Below, in pieces: positions 18,167 to 26,583 of a stretch of DNA of 26,930 bases. Under the pieces are notes generated by a model that saw only the letters and a list, made by a program, of their open reading frames with translations, did not search any database and was not told where the DNA came from. Each line of letters starts with the position of its first letter. The first letter of the stretch is position 1. The translations under genes and the position numbers were made by a program. This DNA is from Thermoproteota archaeon. GTDB taxonomy: Archaea; Korarchaeota; Korarchaeia; Korarchaeales; Korarchaeaceae. The stretch lies in the NCBI GenBank assembly GCA_027491435.1, contig JAOZFG010000043.1, positions 1 through 26,930 of the forward strand. Direction: 5' to 3'.

Positions 18167-18518
18167 GTGGTTCACAAGACCGGTAAGCTCAAGTTCCGTG
18201 ATGTGATTGACGACGTGATCGAGATAAAGACGCCATCGGGCGTTTTAATCAAAGTTAGGATCGTCTTCATTGATGGCAGCTTCCTAGACATTTACTGGAG
18301 CGATTCGGAGAGGTATAGCCTAAACTACGAGAGGAGACATATAGATGGCGGGGTATACGGCATGACAACGCTCCACACGATAAGCATAGACATTTGGTCA
18401 CATTCCCCAGACACTTTCACGACGGCGATGAGGGGAAAGTGAGGGAAACCATCTCTCAGGTGGCCCCATAAAGGCCGTGGAAGAGTTCCTCTCGTTCATA
18501 CGAACCATAATACTGTAG
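18167..18518 (+). pseudogene. frameshifted DUF6516 (TumE-like) toxin family gene
   Basis: FIDGSFLDIYW...YSLNYERRH, then after a frameshift near 18358 HDNAPH...TFPRHFHDG, and after a second shift KAVEEFLSFIRTIIL-stop. Confidence 0.7.
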
Positions 18519-18565
18519 GTGAAGCTGTGAACTTACTCTAATAAGGCTCTATAGCTCTCTCAAAT

Positions 18566-18698
18566 GGTGCTGTCAACTTAAGGCCTATTTAAACAGGAGC
18601 CGCTGATGTCATCGGAGCTGAAAGGGAGCCTCCAACTCCGTCAGAGAGCGGATTCCTTGCTGGTAGTAGCCTATGATCTGTTCCTTACCTTCGGACCT
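18566..18698 (+). mobile_element. IS6-family relic (left end plus degenerate transposase start)
   Basis: Begins GGTGCTGTCAACTTAAGGC, identical to 26593-26611, and aligns by eye with 26593-26730 over about 130 bp (RERIP...LTFGP versus RERTP...LTFGP). Confidence 0.65.
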
Positions 18699-18753
18699 AA
18701 AAATCCCTAATTTTTACAAATAAGTTGAAGTAAATTATAAATTAGAGGTAGGC

Positions 18754-19320
18754 TTGGCGTTTAACGGAATGAAGATGAGTTCGCTAGACCTGCTGATGTT
18801 GATCTTACTCTCCCTTTTAGCCATTCTAGTGTACGAGTTCGTCAAGGTATGGGCGGAGCGCAACGCGCTCAGATCTAGAATGGAGCAGATAGCAACAGAG
18901 TATGCGAATGAGCTGTTTGAGAGATGGAGGGAGGAGGAAATGGAATACCAAAAGAGGCAGATAGAGGAGGTATTGAGAAGGGAGATGAATCTAAAGGTCA
19001 AGGAGTACTTGAGGCAGAAGGAAGCTGAGATAAGGGAAGATGCTATCAAGAGGCACGAAGCTGTTGTAACAGGAAAGGTGACGGAGCACCTCATCCCATA
19101 CCTGCCGGAGTTCAGGTACAACCCTAAAGACGCCAGGTTCATCGGCTCTCCCGTAGATTTCGTAGTTTTCGACGGGCTAAGTGAAGGCAGCCTAAGGAGG
19201 ATAGTTTTCGTGGAGGTAAAAGCGGGGAAGAGGCCGAGGCTCAACGAGAGGGAGAAGCAGGTAAGGGATATCGTTGAAAAGAGAAAGGTATATTGGGAAA
19301 TGATCCATAAGCGGCTTTGA
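18754..19320 (+). CDS. Holliday junction resolvase-like PD-(D/E)XK endonuclease with N-terminal membrane anchor and coiled coil
   Basis: GKVTEHLIPYLPEFRYNPKDARFIGSPVDFVVFDGL...IVFVEVKAG. The true start is probably the ATG at 18769 or 18775. Confidence 0.85.
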   Translation: MAFNGMKMSSLDLLMLILLSLLAILVYEFVKVWAERNALRSRMEQIATEYANELFERWREEEMEYQKRQIEEVLRREMNLKVKEYLRQKEAEIREDAIKRHEAVVTGKVTEHLIPYLPEFRYNPKDARFIGSPVDFVVFDGLSEGSLRRIVFVEVKAGKRPRLNEREKQVRDIVEKRKVYWEMIHKRL

Positions 19321-19339
19321 GGTGCGGTCAACTTAAGGC
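19321..19339 (+). repeat. solo IS6-like terminal repeat
   Basis: GGTGCGGTCAACTTAAGGC has one mismatch to the copies at 18566 and 26593 and the same orientation. Confidence 0.65.
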
Positions 19340-19433
19340 TTTAGTGCCTAGGTTACAAGGCTACAATCAAAGGGCGACTTTCTGTTAGCTTAACTAATTC
19401 ACTCTGCGAAACTGTCTAGTCTTGCCTGCGCGA

Positions 19434-19459
19434 CGTCGCCAACTGGCGTCGCCAACCGG
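19434..19459. repeat. 13-bp tandem duplication
   Basis: CGTCGCCAACTGG followed by CGTCGCCAACCGG. Confidence 0.6.
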
Positions 19460-19492
19460 CTCAAATAAAAGTAATGTGGTCGCATGTAGCTC

Positions 19493-20284
19493 ATGAAGTT
19501 GATGTTCACATCTGACGTCCATTACCCTCAATACTGGCAAAGGCTTTCCCTTAAACTGGAAAAGGAGAGGCCTGACCTCCTGGTAATAGCAGGCGACTTG
19601 ACTGCCAGCGGAAACATGAGGGAGTTTGATAAACTCTTTAAACTCGTTAAAAGGCATACCAACCTATGGTACGTTTTGGGGAATCACGATCTCTGGCTCA
19701 GCAAGAGGATGTTGAGGAAGGGGCTGAATAGCTTAGATAAGATGGAATCCGTGAGGAGGATGGCCTCAAACTACGGATTTCTAGACCTTCACCTGGAAGG
19801 GCCTCAGAAGCTCGGAAGCCTGAGCTTAGTCGGAGTTATGGGCTGGTATGATTACAGCTACGCTCAAGGTAAGCTGGAGCAGTTCCTGAGGGGCTCTCCA
19901 TACGAATGTGATCCCCTCTCCAAGTACAACCCCTGCTCCGAGTGGTGGAACGATAAGGTCTGGGTAAGGCTCCCCTTCTCAGACCCCGAGTTCGCTAGGA
20001 TAAACGCCGATCTTTTGAGGGAGAGGCTTTACAAAGTGGATAGGGCTGTAGTTGTCATGCACCACGTGCCAAAGGAGGAGTTGCTGGTCAAGGATAGGGG
20101 CTCCTTTTACAGCGCCTATCACGGGAGCCCTCTATTGGGCAAAGCCTTAGAGGATTTCAGGGAAAAACTCGTCTTCGTAGGCTACGGCCACGATCATGAA
20201 GGGAGAAAAGCTGAGATAAATGGCGTCAAGTACGAGCCCCTGGCAATCCCCTCCAGAGATCCTCTGGTTTTAGAGCTTCCCTAG
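19493..20284 (+). CDS. calcineurin-like metallophosphoesterase
   Basis: SDVH, AGDL, GNHD, MHHVP and GHDH motifs in the canonical order. Confidence 0.9.
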   Translation: MKLMFTSDVHYPQYWQRLSLKLEKERPDLLVIAGDLTASGNMREFDKLFKLVKRHTNLWYVLGNHDLWLSKRMLRKGLNSLDKMESVRRMASNYGFLDLHLEGPQKLGSLSLVGVMGWYDYSYAQGKLEQFLRGSPYECDPLSKYNPCSEWWNDKVWVRLPFSDPEFARINADLLRERLYKVDRAVVVMHHVPKEELLVKDRGSFYSAYHGSPLLGKALEDFREKLVFVGYGHDHEGRKAEINGVKYEPLAIPSRDPLVLELP

Positions 20285-20559
20285 ATCCTGGAGAGCATGT
20301 AGAGCAAGAAGGAGCCTATTAAACCTAAGCTGGATACTAGGAGCAGGGGTATCGCTACAACCTTGCCTATTCCCATGTAGGACCACTTAACGTAAGATAG
20401 CGCGAGTATAAGGGATTGGGCGAGGAATATTCCCGAGATCACCACCATTATCCTGCCTACAGGAGCTTCCTTAAGCTGAACGTAGTTCCTGAGAGTCAAT
20501 ATGAGAAAAACTGACTCTAAAAGCACTAAAATCAGATTTATGACCCAGAAGATACCCAT
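20281..20559 (-). CDS. small three-helix membrane protein
   Basis: 92 aa with three hydrophobic segments, abutting the HTH gene with no gap. Confidence 0.75.
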   Translation of the reverse strand: MGIFWVINLILVLLESVFLILTLRNYVQLKEAPVGRIMVVISGIFLAQSLILALSYVKWSYMGIGKVVAIPLLLVSSLGLIGSFLLYMLSRI

Positions 20560-20853
20560 CTAATCACCTCGCCTCGAAATCTCCTCGACTAGATGCCAGT
20601 TCTTCTCTAGAACTTCTGAAATGAAGTAGGGGGCCCCATAGTCATCTCCTAACCTCGATACAAGGCCATGTCTCTCTAAAACCTTTATATGGTGCATCAC
20701 AGTCCTATAATTCAGATTCAGCTCTCTAGCAAGCTGGTTAGCGTTCATAGGTATTCTCCTTAGACTAAGTAATATCTTCAACCTTGTTGGGCCTCCCCTC
20801 GTCCCTGTCAGCAGCCATAACAGGATCTTCCGTAGCTTTGACTCCATTCTCAA
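20560..20853 (-). CDS. ArsR-like winged-HTH transcriptional regulator
   Basis: WLLTGTRGGPTRLKIL...PMNANQLARELNLNYRTVMHHIKVLERHGLV...YGAPYF. Confidence 0.88.
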   Translation of the reverse strand: MRMESKLRKILLWLLTGTRGGPTRLKILLSLRRIPMNANQLARELNLNYRTVMHHIKVLERHGLVSRLGDDYGAPYFISEVLEKNWHLVEEISRRGD

Positions 20854-20959
20854 AGTGAAGGACCCTGAAATATCTTAAACTCAACTTGTCACCTAGGCTG
20901 ATCGAAGTACGTGATTAAAAAGCTTATGAATTTATCTGATCAGGGAACGGGCCAATTAT

Positions 20960-20980
20960 AAATTAATTTTCGATTAATTT
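20960..20980. promoter_or_regulatory. inverted repeat in divergent promoter region (candidate operator)
   Basis: AAATTAAT-tttcg-ATTAATTT lies between the divergent HTH and DOMON genes. Confidence 0.4.
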
Positions 20981-21035
20981 GTAGGCAATTTGTGCATTAA
21001 AGGCGAGAGATAATAGAATTTGTTTATATAACTTT

Positions 21036-21644
21036 ATGGGATCAATCCATATGAGGTTTAAGGTCACCCTAACCATACTAGTAATACTAGCTCTGGCTTT
21101 AGCGATTTTCCTCTCATCTCAAGGGGTTAAGAGGGAAGCAAAGCAGGAAAAAGAAAGGGTCGAGTGGTCGGCAGACGGCGTAGTCTCTCCCGGCGAGTAC
21201 GATAAGGAGTTGGAGCTGGCAGGTGGGAGGTTCAAAGTTTATTGGAGGGTTGAGGGAGGTTACGCTTACATAGCTTTGGTGGGCAAGACCAAGGGATGGG
21301 TTGCCATAGGCTTCGGCCCAACTGAGATGATGAAGGACGCTGACATGGTGATAGGCTGGGTTAAGGAAGGCAAGGTGACCGTAATAGACGCTTATTCTAC
21401 AGGGGTTACGGGTCCTCATCCACCTGATGAGAAGTTAGGCGGCCGCAATGACATAACGGAGTTCGGGGGAAAGGAAGACAACGGAATAACCACGATAGAG
21501 TTTAAAAGAAAGCAGGTCACCGGGGATAAGTACGATAGGGAACTAAAGGGAACTGTGAAGTTCATTTACGCCATGGCCGACGAGGACGTGTTCACTAAGA
21601 AGCACAACGTGGCCAAAGGATACGGTGAAATTACCTTAGGTTAA
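21036..21644 (+). CDS. secreted or membrane-anchored DOMON domain protein
   Basis: Signal/anchor helix, DGVVSPGEY, GWVAIGFG...MKDADMVIGWV and TTIEFKR...TGD. The start is probably the ATG at 21051. Confidence 0.85.
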   Translation: MGSIHMRFKVTLTILVILALALAIFLSSQGVKREAKQEKERVEWSADGVVSPGEYDKELELAGGRFKVYWRVEGGYAYIALVGKTKGWVAIGFGPTEMMKDADMVIGWVKEGKVTVIDAYSTGVTGPHPPDEKLGGRNDITEFGGKEDNGITTIEFKRKQVTGDKYDRELKGTVKFIYAMADEDVFTKKHNVAKGYGEITLG

Positions 21645-21652
21645 CTTAACTA

Positions 21653-21665
21653 GTTTTTTATTTTT
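21653..21665 (+). terminator. oligo-T terminator
   Basis: GTTTTTTATTTTT lies just after the DOMON stop codon. Confidence 0.45.
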
Positions 21666-21825
21666 AGTAAGAGAGCAGGGAACTCCGATAACTTAGGATC
21701 CCACATTGCCTCACGGTCTTCAGTCACGGGCGTAATAGATCCGACTCTCAAAATCACGAGATTTCACAAACCGAGTTTAGAAAACTTACCGATAAGGTTT
21801 TAATTTATGTTTACTCGTTCATTTA

Positions 21826-23010
21826 ATGAAGTTTAAGTTGCTTGTGGCCTTGTACTTCCTGTTAGCGCTGAGCGTGACTCAACTGAGTCCCTCATCCCTC
21901 AACCCCTCGCCTCCAGAGAAGCCGGTGAGGCTTGTGTTCATACACCACTCCGTGGGTGAGGATTGGCTGAATGAAGGCGGGTTAAGGAAGGCGTTAAACG
22001 TGAACAACTACTACGTCACCGAGACGAACTACGACTGGGGGCCCTACGATAAAGATGTCAGGGATGGAATGCAGGTGGGGTATCACACGGATATAGGCCA
22101 TTGGCACAACTGGTTCCTGGGCCCCCACAGTGACTTGTACCTCAAGGCCCTCTACAGGAGCAATTACACGACGGGCCCAAACTCGATACCTGATCCCGGA
22201 GGGGAGAACGTCATAGTGATGTTCAAGTCATGCTTCTCCTCGGCCCAGGTAATTTATGGAAACCCCGAGGACCCTCCCCTCCCAAGGGGGAAGCCAAACC
22301 CGCTGTGGGGGAAGGGGGTATGCGACGACCCTTCCTGCTCGGGAAGCGAGTACTACACGGTTAGCAACATTAAGGGGATGTATAGGGACCTGCTGGACTA
22401 CTTCGCCACCAGGAGGGATAAAGTGTTCGTCCTAATTACTACGCCGCCTTCAACCTCGCAGGCGGTTCCTGCCGAGATGATGGATAAGCTGAGGGCAATA
22501 AACAACTGGCTGGTTTACCACTGGTTGGACGAGTACCCCTACAATAACGTTTTCGTCTTCGATTACTACAACGTGCTAACCTCGAACGGGGGCAGCGCTA
22601 ACGTGAACGATTTGGGGGCTGAGACGGGCAATCACCACAGGTACAGGAATGGGAGGGTGGAGCACGTCATAGGTTTGAAGAACAACTTTCTAGCCTACCC
22701 GTCGGAGGGAGGCGACAACCACCCTACCACTGCTGGACATGAGAAGGCCACCGCCGAGTTCGTCCCCCTGCTCAACATAGCCTATCACTGCTGGATGGGC
22801 GATGGGGCATGTCCTTACTACATGGGAAGAAGTCCCGTCCCTGGAAGCTTAACTAGCTCAGTTACCAGGAAAGAAATTAGGGAGCATTCCACCGTCTCCT
22901 CAAGCGAAGTTTCGCCGGCCCCCTCCGAGGGAGCTTCATTCACGTGGATAGCCCTCATAGTTGCGCTGGCACTGGCATTTACATTATATAGTAGGAGGAG
23001 GGTCTATTAG
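21826..23010 (+). CDS. secreted hypothetical protein, possibly SGNH-like fold, with S/T-rich linker and C-terminal anchor
   Basis: Signal peptide, FIHHSVG, MFKSCF, VFDYY and DNHP..AGH, then a terminal hydrophobic helix followed by RRR. Confidence 0.7.
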   Translation: MKFKLLVALYFLLALSVTQLSPSSLNPSPPEKPVRLVFIHHSVGEDWLNEGGLRKALNVNNYYVTETNYDWGPYDKDVRDGMQVGYHTDIGHWHNWFLGPHSDLYLKALYRSNYTTGPNSIPDPGGENVIVMFKSCFSSAQVIYGNPEDPPLPRGKPNPLWGKGVCDDPSCSGSEYYTVSNIKGMYRDLLDYFATRRDKVFVLITTPPSTSQAVPAEMMDKLRAINNWLVYHWLDEYPYNNVFVFDYYNVLTSNGGSANVNDLGAETGNHHRYRNGRVEHVIGLKNNFLAYPSEGGDNHPTTAGHEKATAEFVPLLNIAYHCWMGDGACPYYMGRSPVPGSLTSSVTRKEIREHSTVSSSEVSPAPSEGASFTWIALIVALALAFTLYSRRRVY

Positions 23011-23020
23011 TCAGGGGCTC

Positions 23021-23341
23021 ATGTACGACGTAAACGAGTTCTGGAAGTTCGACATGAGGGTGGGGCTTGTAAAGAGGGCTGAGAGGATTCCTAACTCTAG
23101 AAAGCTGATAAAGTTGGAGGTAAGTTTTGGGAACTATGAGAGGGTGGTAGTGACGGGAATAGGGGATCAGTACTCACCTGAGGACTTGGAGGGCAAGAAG
23201 ATGATATTCGTCGTCAACTTGAAGCCCAAGAAGCTCATGGGAGTCGAGAGTCAGGGAATGTTGATACTGGCTGAGGATGTGGGAGGGAAAGTCTACCTGA
23301 TAACGACGCCTGAAGCTCCCGTGGGTGCCAGAGTATGGTGA
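23021..23341 (+). CDS. OB-fold tRNA-binding protein (Trbp111/CsaA/MetRS C-terminal-like)
   Basis: DMRVGLV, KLIKLEV and VVNLKPKKLMGVESQGMLI. The ATG at 23021 is preferred over 22961. Confidence 0.9.
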   Translation: MYDVNEFWKFDMRVGLVKRAERIPNSRKLIKLEVSFGNYERVVVTGIGDQYSPEDLEGKKMIFVVNLKPKKLMGVESQGMLILAEDVGGKVYLITTPEAPVGARVW

Positions 23342-23664
23342 GGGTTAGGGTCGAGGTATACCAGGTTAAGGGGAATTGTGCCGCGGGCCTGAAGCCTGGA
23401 GATTGGTTCGAGGTTGAGGGTTTCTACATAACTGGTATGGAGGGCAGGATATGCCTGCACGCCCTGGCGGCCATGTCCACCCTATTGACCCTGATGAGCC
23501 ACGGCCACTCTGCCAAGGAGTTGGGCATAGGGGAGGAGCACGGGTTCCTTCAGTGCCCTGACCCTGGGCCCCCTCTAACGTGTGGCGGGACTGTGACCTT
23601 CAAGTTGAAGGAGGTTGAAGCCGGCAGGGGATATTCAGCAGCGCCTAAAACCCCTCACGGCTAA
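23335..23664 (+). CDS. TIGR04076-like small Cys-containing protein
   Basis: VKGNCAAGLKPGD, ICLHAL and QCPDP...GGTVTF. Confidence 0.8.
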   Translation: MVRVRVEVYQVKGNCAAGLKPGDWFEVEGFYITGMEGRICLHALAAMSTLLTLMSHGHSAKELGIGEEHGFLQCPDPGPPLTCGGTVTFKLKEVEAGRGYSAAPKTPHG

Positions 23665-23829
23665 TATACATGACGCTTAACAGTTCATCACGTAGAAGGT
23701 CACAGACGAAACTTCACTTTCGCTCTCAAGTAACCAGAATTAGGTTCGTTAGGCGGTTAGGGAAGGCCTCATTAAAGTCAAGCGGAAGATCTAGCGTCGA
23801 CCTCAATCACCTTTTTTAGTTACAGTGAG

Positions 23830-25476
23830 GTGGTAAAGAATGTGATCAGGAAAGTCGTTTTAATTCCCCTTTTGATAACGCTTTCCCTCTTAGCTCAGCC
23901 TGTTAAACCTAAACCAAATGCTAGGGTTCCCCTGTACCTGATGGGCCCACCATCCAAGGAGAAGATGAAGATAGCCTTGATGTCAGAAGTTGTGGAGGTG
24001 GAAGGCGAACACTCCCAGCTGATAAGGGCTGGAGTGAAGCCCATATTCTACGATTGGCTGTTTGCTAGGTACGGGGATGAGATGAACTCCTCCTACCTCG
24101 TGCCCTTCCAAGGCCCCTACGGGAAGGCTTTAGCCTACGATTACGGGAGCGAGAAGGTGAGGAGGTGGAGGGTCAGGGAGCTCGTGGACAGGATGGTCAG
24201 GGAGAACTACACCGGAGTCTTCTTCGACTGGTTCCCCAACGCCTGTAACGAGGAGCTGGCAGAGGAGGAGGCTCCAGGCTACCTGGAGGAGTTCAAGAGG
24301 AGGCACCCCAACCTGACTTTAAAGGAGGCCCTGCTCTCCTTCATAAGGGAGCTCAGGGAGGAGGCTAAGAAGAGGGGAATAGACATTATTATAGTCTCAA
24401 ATCAGGCCTACAGGTGTGACCCCGAGGCAATGGCCTCGGTGGATTGGGACATAAGCGAATCCTACTTCACCGACGTAAGAGAATCTCATTTCACCACCGT
24501 CGATGGGAGGACTGTGCTCTTCCCATGGGAACAGAGCTGGGATAGCCCAGCCCTCTACGTACCCCTGTTGGTGAGCAGCAAGTTGGAGGAGGCGAGGAAG
24601 CTTAATTTCAGGCTCGGGTTCACCCACCTCAGTTACGCCATACCGGGAGACGTGGACGCCGCCTTTTACGCCTTCGCCGGGGCCATGGTGTTCGGGCACG
24701 ATGGTATAGCCCAAAGCCCCTTTGAAGGTGACGTGGTCTATTACCCACCCCCAAACTCCTACTGGCTCGGGTGCATGAGGAAGAGGATTAACTCCTCACA
24801 ATGGGCTATGTCAGCCTACGATTTAGGCCTAGTAGCCGCCGGCCAGGTTAGGTTCGTCTCCCCCTTTAAGTGGCTGGTCTACGATTTGAAAACCGGCGAG
24901 GTAAAGAGGCTAGGGTTGATAGGTGGGGAGAAGCCTTGGGGCTCCGTTTTCCTCAGAGTTCCCGAGAAGGTAGCCTATGTAAGCTGTAAGAAATTGAACC
25001 TACCTCTTTGGGACGACATGCTCACGGAACATCTACTCAAATCGCTCAGGTGTCCGGTAAAGGTTAGGAAAGCCAGCGTCAGCGACCTAAAGTGGTGGTC
25101 CTCCTGGAGGGAACCTAACAAGGAGGTTCTAATAGTGGCCAACGACATAGACTGGGAGCTTAGTGGCAGGGCCCTTTACGAGGAGTTGACCAAGGAGGGA
25201 ATTAAGGTGGATAGAGCCCCTTTAAACGGTAGCTTGATGATAATGCTGGATTACAAGGCGGTAATAGTGCTAGGAGGACCTAAAAGCCCCGTCATAGGAG
25301 AGGTCCTAAAGCCCTTGCTGTCACACGCCAAGGAAAAGGGGATTTTAGGTCCTGGAAGGCTCTTCATCTGGATCTGGGGTAAGGATAGGTTCGAGACGAG
25401 GAAGAAAACGCTAGATAGGATGGAGGAGGTTAAGGGGGACGTGAAGAAAGTTCTGGTGAGACCTTGTAGGTGGTAG
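23830..25476 (+). CDS. secreted protein with putative glycoside-hydrolase-like TIM barrel and C-terminal cell-wall-binding-like domain
   Basis: Signal peptide, YTGVFFD, VSNQAY and ISESYF. The C-terminal region carries VIVLGGPKS and GKDRFET. The functional call is tentative. Confidence 0.6.
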   Translation: MVKNVIRKVVLIPLLITLSLLAQPVKPKPNARVPLYLMGPPSKEKMKIALMSEVVEVEGEHSQLIRAGVKPIFYDWLFARYGDEMNSSYLVPFQGPYGKALAYDYGSEKVRRWRVRELVDRMVRENYTGVFFDWFPNACNEELAEEEAPGYLEEFKRRHPNLTLKEALLSFIRELREEAKKRGIDIIIVSNQAYRCDPEAMASVDWDISESYFTDVRESHFTTVDGRTVLFPWEQSWDSPALYVPLLVSSKLEEARKLNFRLGFTHLSYAIPGDVDAAFYAFAGAMVFGHDGIAQSPFEGDVVYYPPPNSYWLGCMRKRINSSQWAMSAYDLGLVAAGQVRFVSPFKWLVYDLKTGEVKRLGLIGGEKPWGSVFLRVPEKVAYVSCKKLNLPLWDDMLTEHLLKSLRCPVKVRKASVSDLKWWSSWREPNKEVLIVANDIDWELSGRALYEELTKEGIKVDRAPLNGSLMIMLDYKAVIVLGGPKSPVIGEVLKPLLSHAKEKGILGPGRLFIWIWGKDRFETRKKTLDRMEEVKGDVKKVLVRPCRW

Positions 25477-25888
25477 AGAGAATTGGTAGCGCGTCCCTGG
25501 TGAGTTAAGACATAACGTCAGGGTAATGGCTTTGTGAGGTTAGTAGTAGGTTCCAAAACCGGCCTAGGGAGACGGCAGAAACCTTAAGAAACTACACGAC
25601 CTTTTAAGGCGGTTCATGGGGCTTCTCAAGGCTTCTCCCCTCCAGTTCGTTAAGGGCTAAGGGACGAACTCTAAAATCAAAGAAACCTGTTCCGGAACCT
25701 TGAGACGTTGAGAAAAGAGGAGCTCTCTTAAGCGAGTTGAGAGATAAGCGATGTGAGAGGTTTGGATTGAACCGCCGAGGTATGGGGCCGCACCTCGATG
25801 GGACGGACATGATGTCAAGGAGGCTAGGGCTTGTAAGGGTTCAGGGATAAAGTCATTAAAAGGTCCTCTGGAGGAGAGAAACAATTCG

Positions 25889-26392
25889 GTGGTGATCATG
25901 GAGAAAGTTAAGAGGAGGTTCTTCATATGGCTCGGGGTCCTGCTGACGGCTTTGCTAATAGGGACTTACCTGGACTCTATGGTGGGAACGTGGTCTCCAA
26001 TTTACCTGCGAGTCCTAGCCGTCTTAGGGATGACCTTCTCCTTCCTTCTGCTTAGAGTATCGGGGAGAACATTGAAGACCTTAGGAGAGCCTGAGGAGTG
26101 GGGATGGACCACAAAGCTCGTTACTGAGGGCCTGTACTCTTGTGTAAGGCACCCTCACCACCTGGGGATCGGGCTATTCGTCACCTTTCTATCTATGCTC
26201 GTAGGCCTGTTCACTACCTTGGTAACAGCCCTACTCATGTGGATCAGCATATACTTGTTTTTGGTGAGGGTGGAGGAGCCTGAAGCCCTTGAGAAATTCG
26301 GGCAGGAGTACCAAAGGTACAGGGAGAGAGTTCCCATGTTGTTAGGGAACCCTATCTGTCTAGTGAGGGAGGTTATTAACGGCTTGAGGTAA
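25889..26392 (+). CDS. isoprenylcysteine carboxylmethyltransferase / PEMT family membrane protein
   Basis: LVTEGLYSCVRHPHHLG and EEPEALEKFGQEYQRYRERVP, with four hydrophobic segments. Confidence 0.88.
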   Translation: MVIMEKVKRRFFIWLGVLLTALLIGTYLDSMVGTWSPIYLRVLAVLGMTFSFLLLRVSGRTLKTLGEPEEWGWTTKLVTEGLYSCVRHPHHLGIGLFVTFLSMLVGLFTTLVTALLMWISIYLFLVRVEEPEALEKFGQEYQRYRERVPMLLGNPICLVREVINGLR

Positions 26393-26583
26393 CTTTAATT
26401 TCAATATTTTTGGTGATTTAATTTTCATGAATTTAATTTGTAAATACAATATAGAGTTTGATGTTGATATATTTTTACGTTAATCTGTGTCCAGAGAGGA
26501 CCCTTATTACAACTGAAAAAAGGACTCTGAGTACGATGGAACCGACGGCTACTATGCTTTCAACCTATGTCCAGAGAGGACCC
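26393..26583 (+). CRISPR. candidate CRISPR remnant: AT-rich leader, one full repeat, one spacer and a half repeat
   Basis: AT-rich 26393-26488; GTCCAGAGAGGACCCTTATTACAACTGAAA at 26489-26518; about 50 nt of unique sequence; GTCCAGAGAGGACCC at 26569-26583, ending at the IS boundary. Only 1.5 repeats are present. Confidence 0.5.
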
